The notes under the pieces: generated by a model
Database searches by the model: none
The model's input: the letters and a program-made list of their open reading frames with translations, nothing else
What the model was told of the DNA's origin: nothing
Program-made: the position numbers and the translations under genes
IMG/VR virus record: IMGVR_UViG_3300027808_000022
From: an uncultured virus (IMG/VR IMGVR_UViG_3300027808_000022)
Taxonomy: Duplodnaviria; Heunggongvirae; Uroviricota; Caudoviricetes
DNA length: 64,000 nucleotides
Strand: one strand, 5' to 3'
Shown here: in pieces, positions 58,547 to 64,000 of the stretch
Layout: each line of letters starts with the position of its first letter
Numbering within the stretch: position 1 is the stretch's first letter

Positions 58547-58595
58547 TGTGTTTAGTATTAAATATGGTACAAAGATACAAAAGTTTCTTGATATG

Positions 58596-58856
58596 TTAAA
58601 TATTTTTTTCGTTTTTATTTTTTAATAACCAGTTGGCTCCGACTACAAACCCTTGTTTCCATTTTGTAATATCATCATCACACATCCCTTCACTGTATTG
58701 TTGATATTTGTCATCAGCGCCAATATGAATCATTTGTTGGATTCTTTTTTCTATAAAACCGGGCTTAGTTTCAAACTCAGGTTCTCCCAATTCAACCATA
58801 CCATTTTTCCACTTTTTCCAAGTGTCAAAATCTTTTAAATCTTCAATGTTAATCAT
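58596..58856 (-). CDS. Hypothetical protein
   Basis: 86-aa ORF, GFVVGANW motif. Confidence 0.6.
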   Translation of the reverse strand: MINIEDLKDFDTWKKWKNGMVELGEPEFETKPGFIEKRIQQMIHIGADDKYQQYSEGMCDDDITKWKQGFVVGANWLLKNKNEKNI

Positions 58857-58869
58857 ATTATTTTTTTAA

Positions 58870-59286
58870 TTATAACCTGTCTTTTACAATATTCAATAAG
58901 TCCTCATTAAAAGGTACTCCATGTCTTGAATCAAATTCATCTTCCAATCTTTCAGTTGACATATCATTTTTCTTCAATAAAATATACGCTCCCAAATCAG
59001 CTTCAATTTCATCTTTTTCAGACCTCGGTCCGTTGTGTCCCAATAACAAATGTGAGATTTCATGAGCTTCAATAAATTTCATGTCATCCATAGTTAAACC
59101 ATCATCACCCAAAAATATTTCACCGTCAATAAAAATTGTTTTGAATTCTGGTGCAAGAAATCCATAACCGTATTGGTCAAAAATTTTTCTCATTGCACTA
59201 TAATTTGGATTTTCTTTGAATACCAAATTAATATTCATGTTTGGGATAAAACTACTTTTGTACGCTATGATGTCTTGGTCTTCCAT
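58870..59286 (-). CDS. HExxH metallopeptidase-like protein
   Basis: AHEISHLLLGH...EIEAD. Confidence 0.7.
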   Translation of the reverse strand: MEDQDIIAYKSSFIPNMNINLVFKENPNYSAMRKIFDQYGYGFLAPEFKTIFIDGEIFLGDDGLTMDDMKFIEAHEISHLLLGHNGPRSEKDEIEADLGAYILLKKNDMSTERLEDEFDSRHGVPFNEDLLNIVKDRL

Positions 59287-59288
59287 TT

Positions 59289-59852
59289 TTATAATAAATA
59301 TTCCAATACTTTTTCTTTTATGCCCGTTTGTTTAATGCCTTCTTTATTTTCGGGTGTTAATACAAAGTTCTTCAATCCCCAAGTCTTATCGTGCACATCC
59401 GTTAATGACATATTCAAATCATCAATTGCCACCCAATGTGTGATTACAGGATTCTGACCAATATATTGCGCAATCTCCAAACTACGAGTTTGTTCTAACT
59501 CCGATTTGTTGTGCCATGGGAAATCATCATAATCATCATATAAGATAGAATCGGTAAAGGCAATTGGTTTTTTAATAATACCTTTTGATTCGTAATATTC
59601 TCCCATCTCCTCAACTGTCGCCCAATTTTTCCAATCTGAAGATACAACAATTTCGGCACCTGTTTCCTCTAAGATTTCATTAAGAACTTTAACCGCCTCC
59701 TCATCAAAATTATCAAAACGATACTCAACGGGCATACTTAAAGTACTCATAGACAATTTACGTTTACCCCAACTTTTTTGTTTTTTGAAACGATTACCCC
59801 AATTATCAGACAGACATATCACACCATCGTGGTCCAAAAATATAACTTTCAT
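59289..59852 (-). CDS. HAD-family protein (Swiss-army-knife RNA-repair-like HAD)
   Basis: IFLDHDGV, IVVSSDW, R..EI, WVAIDD. Confidence 0.75.
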   Translation of the reverse strand: MKVIFLDHDGVICLSDNWGNRFKKQKSWGKRKLSMSTLSMPVEYRFDNFDEEAVKVLNEILEETGAEIVVSSDWKNWATVEEMGEYYESKGIIKKPIAFTDSILYDDYDDFPWHNKSELEQTRSLEIAQYIGQNPVITHWVAIDDLNMSLTDVHDKTWGLKNFVLTPENKEGIKQTGIKEKVLEYLL

Positions 59853-59960
59853 AACACAAAGATAATAAAAGTTATTCTTGTATCAAAGAAATATCGTAAT
59901 AAAAACTATTGTATCATATTTTACAATTTGACAAATATGTTGTATTTTTTTTAAAAAACT

Positions 59961-60677
59961 ATGTCATATTTAAATACACCAATTCCCGTAGTAGAGGCTT
60001 ACATTAGAGGAAACTTCTTAAGAAACCAAGAAGATTCTCACGATAAAAAATTCCCTTGTTACATTTTTGGAATGTCGTCAATTCCAGCACAAGCACCATT
60101 ATTTCACTTTATCATGGAGGATGGGGCATTATGGTGGAGAATGCCAATACAGGCATTTTGTTGGAAAGAAGATGCACCTGAACAAGAACTTGATGAATTA
60201 GTGTTATGGGATTCATTTTCATATCATGTTGGAGCAACAGCATTCCCTATGTTAAAAAACAAGACATGTAAATTCATATCAAGACGTAGAGTAGAATATA
60301 CGGGCAAATATTTATTTACCTTAGATTGGGGGTCATCTTCAGACATGGGAGACACAGATTTTGGATTAAGTGAATTCCCATCACAACACAAATGTGGTCA
60401 TTTCATTGCCATGGATAATGGAAACTTTGCAATACAACCAAACAATAGGTTTGTGCTTCATGACCCATCGTTCACAGTAAAAGATGAATTGGTTATACAT
60501 AGAAAATACAATACCACATTATGGACTGCTGAAAGAAATGGAAGATGGGTCACACCTGATACTGACATTATGAATTACGACCATACCGATTTAGAAAAAG
60601 GTGAGAGTAATAAAAAACGGTCAGATGAATATAATAAAATTGATTCCGAACGTTTAAAGAATGAAGGTTCAATTTAA
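59961..60677 (+). CDS. Conserved phage hypothetical protein
   Basis: 238-aa ORF, YLFTLDW...HKCGH...NGNFAIQPNNR. Confidence 0.7.
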   Translation: MSYLNTPIPVVEAYIRGNFLRNQEDSHDKKFPCYIFGMSSIPAQAPLFHFIMEDGALWWRMPIQAFCWKEDAPEQELDELVLWDSFSYHVGATAFPMLKNKTCKFISRRRVEYTGKYLFTLDWGSSSDMGDTDFGLSEFPSQHKCGHFIAMDNGNFAIQPNNRFVLHDPSFTVKDELVIHRKYNTTLWTAERNGRWVTPDTDIMNYDHTDLEKGESNKKRSDEYNKIDSERLKNEGSI

Positions 60678-61290
60678 CCACCAAAATGGATTCTTTTTAG
60701 ACGGGAGAATATTTTGTGAAGTTTACGGTATTGCGGAAAACGAATCAAATGATGAGTTATTAAATTCAGGATGGTTACCGTCAATGGAGGAAAAAAATAT
60801 TTGGTATCAATCAAGAAGTCATAGAATAGAACTATCTAATTTTGAGATATCAAAAAAACGAAGACACATAATTAAAAAGTTAACCTGTGAAGTAAGTGAT
60901 TATATTCAAAACCAAGAAATAGATGATTTCTTTCAAGAATACTACAATGATAAGGATTTTGATATTATGGATGATTATAATAACTGTTCAAAGTTTTTTG
61001 AACCAAAAATATTGTACTTAAGATTAGAAGGTAAATTAGTTGCGGTGGGAAGATACTTAGAAAATAAAAAGTCTAATGTATTTTTAAATCTTGCTTATGA
61101 TAACAATAATTTAAAGTTATCTCTTGGTACTAATTTATTTTACATACTCGCAGATATTACCAAGAAACAAAATAAAGATTATTTGTATATCTATGAATCA
61201 TATGATGATAGTTTTTCATATAAACAAAAATTACCTAACTTAAATTTTTGGAGTGGGACTAAATGGATATCAAATGCTATTTATAAATAA
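60661..61290 (+). CDS. Aminoacyl-tRNA-protein transferase-like (ATE1/Bpt-like GNAT)
   Basis: L..GW, SRSHRI, YD.....LSLGT, YLYI..SY.....YK pattern. Confidence 0.5.
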   Translation: MKVQFNHQNGFFLDGRIFCEVYGIAENESNDELLNSGWLPSMEEKNIWYQSRSHRIELSNFEISKKRRHIIKKLTCEVSDYIQNQEIDDFFQEYYNDKDFDIMDDYNNCSKFFEPKILYLRLEGKLVAVGRYLENKKSNVFLNLAYDNNNLKLSLGTNLFYILADITKKQNKDYLYIYESYDDSFSYKQKLPNLNFWSGTKWISNAIYK

Positions 61291-61292
61291 AA

Positions 61293-62015
61293 ATGGAAGA
61301 GGGTAATTTTAAAGTATTAGTTAATACAATTGAAGAACTAAAAAAATATAAAAAAGTTCTTTTATTAACTTGCTCTAACAGAGGTGAAGAAATTTCAAAA
61401 GAAGAAACACCAAAATCTACAATTTTAGCAAAAGTAATACATAACAATCTTAGTAATTCTACAATAATAGATGTTACTAAACTTAAAATTTATCCATGTG
61501 AGGGAAATGTTTCTTTAATGGAAGGAAACGTTTGTGGTGTTAAAGATGCTCTTTTAGACGACCCTGAGAAAAATCCATCAGGATATCATAGATGTTGGGC
61601 TTCAATTCATAATCCTGACGATGAACTTTGGAAAATAAGCAAAGAACTTTTTGAATCTGACTGTGTAGTTTTTTTCGCGTCAGTTAGATGGGGAGCTGCT
61701 AATATGTTTTATCAAAAACTTATAGAAAGACTAAATTGGATTAATAATAGATATATCCCATATGGTGAAGACAACATAATAAAAAATACAACATCAGGTT
61801 TTATAATTGTTGGACAACACAAATATGGTGATGATATTGCCGAACTTCAGTATAACAATCACGAATATTATGGTTTTAAAGTTAACAAAAAACTATATTG
61901 GAATTGGAACGCCGAAAATATTGAATACGATGATGAAACCTTACAAGGATATATTGAAAGTTATCCCGAATTTTTTAAAGATTTTAAGATAAAAAAGAAA
62001 CCTGTTCTTGATTAA
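61293..62015 (+). CDS. Flavodoxin-like NAD(P)H-dependent FMN reductase family
   Basis: SNR...KST, IYPCEG...C, DD.L......ESDCVVFFASVRWG. Confidence 0.7.
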   Translation: MEEGNFKVLVNTIEELKKYKKVLLLTCSNRGEEISKEETPKSTILAKVIHNNLSNSTIIDVTKLKIYPCEGNVSLMEGNVCGVKDALLDDPEKNPSGYHRCWASIHNPDDELWKISKELFESDCVVFFASVRWGAANMFYQKLIERLNWINNRYIPYGEDNIIKNTTSGFIIVGQHKYGDDIAELQYNNHEYYGFKVNKKLYWNWNAENIEYDDETLQGYIESYPEFFKDFKIKKKPVLD

Positions 62016-62686
62016 AACTCTTCTTGATGGAAGACAACATCTTCATATGCATATTCATTCCAAGTAAATTTTAATGTAATTGTACCCGCTCTTGAATCAA
62101 TCATGAAATTTCCAAAAGAACCTTCATCATTTTCCCAACCACCATACACTCCCAACATATCGTATAAATAATCATCTAATCCTGGTACACTATCTACGTT
62201 TCTTTCTGGTTTACTACCAGAATCAACATATAAGGTACCATCAATATATCCATCATCACCACCACCATTAAACGTAACTTCAGCAAATGGAAATATGTCC
62301 TCTTGTTTAAGAAAATTCATAATCTCTTTTAGATTTTCATCATCTTCTTCACTTCTTTCAGTTTCACCTGAAGGTCCGTCAACAATTTCTTGATAAGTTC
62401 CACTAATAGTAACTGTTCTTGTTTGGGGATATAACGCAAAAGTTATTGCATTCAAATTATCTTCATCAAAATCTGAAGCATTTTCACCAACATATTCGGT
62501 AATTATCTCACTAATATCAAATGGTAATTTTTGTGGTGTTTCATGTTTTTCAATTCCACAACCAAAATTTCTACCGTTATATGGTGTGTGATTCCAAGGG
62601 TCAACATCCATCTCAAGATACTCACAACCACGAGAAGATGCGTATTTGGATATTAATTCAAAAATTGATTTTTGTTTTGGGGTCAT
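62012..62686 (-). CDS. Acidic hypothetical protein (F.GGGDDG...GWENDEGSFG)
   Basis: ORF with TATTTAT just upstream of MTPKQ. Confidence 0.65.
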   Translation of the reverse strand: MTPKQKSIFELISKYASSRGCEYLEMDVDPWNHTPYNGRNFGCGIEKHETPQKLPFDISEIITEYVGENASDFDEDNLNAITFALYPQTRTVTISGTYQEIVDGPSGETERSEEDDENLKEIMNFLKQEDIFPFAEVTFNGGGDDGYIDGTLYVDSGSKPERNVDSVPGLDDYLYDMLGVYGGWENDEGSFGNFMIDSRAGTITLKFTWNEYAYEDVVFHQEEF

Positions 62687-62697
62687 AGTAATAAATA

Positions 62698-63051
62698 TCA
62701 ATCATCTACTTTGAGGTCCAATGTTCTTAACATCCACATTGGTTTCTTTTCAGCTTGTAAAGCATCTATCCAATCTTTTGCCGTTGGAATATAATTAAAA
62801 CAATCTTCTTTCACGTGTTGTTCACCAACATACCTGGTGTAGACAGTTTTACCGTCACTATTAACAAATGATTTACCAAAGATTTTTTCCATCTCAAAGA
62901 TACCTTCTGAGTGGTGACGAAACATTCTATGATTTGAATGTCCAACCCACGCCTTTGTTTCATCTAACCAATCGTGTAAATGAATATAATCTTCAAATTT
63001 TCCACCAAATTTTTTGGCTGAAGATTTTGCATGAATTAAAGGATGTGCCAT
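62698..63051 (-). CDS. His-rich conserved hypothetical protein
   Basis: HP..HA.SSAKKFGG, H.W.D, HR.FRHH..G, EQHV.ED. Confidence 0.7.
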   Translation of the reverse strand: MAHPLIHAKSSAKKFGGKFEDYIHLHDWLDETKAWVGHSNHRMFRHHSEGIFEMEKIFGKSFVNSDGKTVYTRYVGEQHVKEDCFNYIPTAKDWIDALQAEKKPMWMLRTLDLKVDD

Positions 63052-63186
63052 ATTGAAATGATAAAACTAATTAAACAGAATGATAAAACGGCAATTGTTG
63101 CTACCGTACCAATATTTCTATAATAGGACTCCACTTGTTCTTTGGACCTACCTTGCCATTCGTCTTTATTCCAAAATTTCATTTTG

Positions 63187-63260
63187 TACCCCCGACAGGA
63201 CTCGAACCTGTGACCTACGGTTTAGAAAACCGTTGCTCTATCCAGCTGAGCTACAAGGGC
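63187..63260 (-). tRNA. tRNA-Arg(UCU)
   Basis: ACGGT-TTTCTAA-ACCGT. Confidence 0.9.
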
Positions 63261-63263
63261 ATT

Positions 63264-63626
63264 TTATTTAAATATTACTTGAATTATAATAATCATAACC
63301 GCCAAAGTCAAACTAGCCCATGTTTTTGCTGACATCCCTTGATTTAGAAATAAATATGTTAAAATCGCGTACATTACAATCCCAATTGAAAATCCCAAAA
63401 ATCGTTGTGGCCACATTAAACCCATGAATGCTTTTTCACCGTAACCTGTTGCCAATATAAAAAGATATGTAAATGGTACACCTACAAAAGACATAATTAA
63501 TGTATTTCTTTTTGCCCAATCCCACATAAATTGAGCATTCAGTTGAAACCATATTCCAGTTTGACCTATTAAGAAAAACAAACAAGTGAGTAAGAAATAC
63601 TTTAAATTAATATTCATGTGATACAA
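63264..63626 (-). CDS. Small multi-pass membrane protein
   Basis: Four hydrophobic segments. Confidence 0.65.
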   Translation of the reverse strand: MYHMNINLKYFLLTCLFFLIGQTGIWFQLNAQFMWDWAKRNTLIMSFVGVPFTYLFILATGYGEKAFMGLMWPQRFLGFSIGIVMYAILTYLFLNQGMSAKTWASLTLAVMIIIIQVIFK

Positions 63627-63677
63627 AGATAAATCAAATATTTGACCTTTTCAAGGAATACACCTATTTATGTCTAA

Positions 63678-63791
63678 ATGAACAACACGGCAATGAATAT
63701 TGGGCAAACAGAGATTGTGTATCTTAACGGTACGCCTTCGTTATTGTTTGATAAACCTATGACCCTTTTGAAACGCCGAACCATATATTAA
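63678..63791 (+). CDS. Putative leader peptide C (37 aa) MNNTAMNIGQTEIVYLNGTPSLLFDKPMTLLKRRTIY
   Basis: ATG..TAA after TATTTAT; contains sequence complementary to the base of the downstream terminator. Confidence 0.55.
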   Translation: MNNTAMNIGQTEIVYLNGTPSLLFDKPMTLLKRRTIY

Positions 63792-63804
63792 AACGTGTTT
63801 AGAA

Positions 63805-63833
63805 GGGTCCTGAGAAATCAGGACTTTTTTTTT
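63805..63833 (+). terminator. Terminator/attenuator C
   Basis: GGTCCTGA-GAAA-TCAGGACT followed by T tract. Confidence 0.8.
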
Positions 63834-63869
63834 ACACATAAATTTCGTAAATTTGTAAAACATATTGTA

Positions 63870-64000
63870 ATGGATAAAGTATTAGTATTAAACTCAGACT
63901 ACACACCCTTGAACGTAACTTCGGTTCGTAAGGGATTTGTATTGGTAATAAAAGGAAAGGCTGAGGTATTAAAACAAGACTCACAAAAATTGTCATCATC
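63870..64000 (+). CDS. N-terminus of HNH (McrA-like) endonuclease, truncated by window
   Basis: MDKVLVLNSDYTPLNVTSVRKGFVLVIKGKAEVL, typical VLVLN..Y.PL N-terminus. Confidence 0.7.
   Translation, partial: MDKVLVLNSDYTPLNVTSVRKGFVLVIKGKAEVLKQDSQKLSS

Noticed and set aside
1..64000. Stop-codon reassignment
   Set aside because: Core genes are intact in the standard code, and no CUA/UCA/UUA suppressor tRNA was seen.

Overview
This is a 64-kb AT-rich segment of a large T4-like tailed phage (standard genetic code) whose host is most likely a Bacteroidota species. That host call rests on TAnnTTTG promoters, SD-less A-rich starts, a DUF4494-like protein and a Bacteroidota-type bS21. The left part holds a glycosyltransferase/nucleotide-metabolism operon ending in a phage sigma factor, then virion/baseplate genes. 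The head module follows (major capsid, scaffold, prohead protease, portal, large terminase) with an antisense ribosomal protein bS21 gene inside it. The middle holds a nucleotidyltransferase, KTSC, a tandem-UVR protein, an N-domain-less ClpC, a peptidase, a tmRNA and lysis-like genes. The right part holds about 25 tRNA genes in two main minus-strand arrays, several structured ncRNA candidates and accessory genes. Main finding: each tRNA array is preceded by a short unannotated leader ORF whose 3' end can pair with the 5' arm of an intrinsic terminator, and the leader codons match the tRNAs of that array. In leader B, codons 2-24 use exactly the 12 amino acids of the 12 downstream tRNAs. This looks like ribosome-coupled attenuation that switches phage tRNA arrays on when the matching host tRNAs are depleted. 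A third leader/terminator of the same design lies at the right end. All product calls come from motif recognition by eye; no database search was run.
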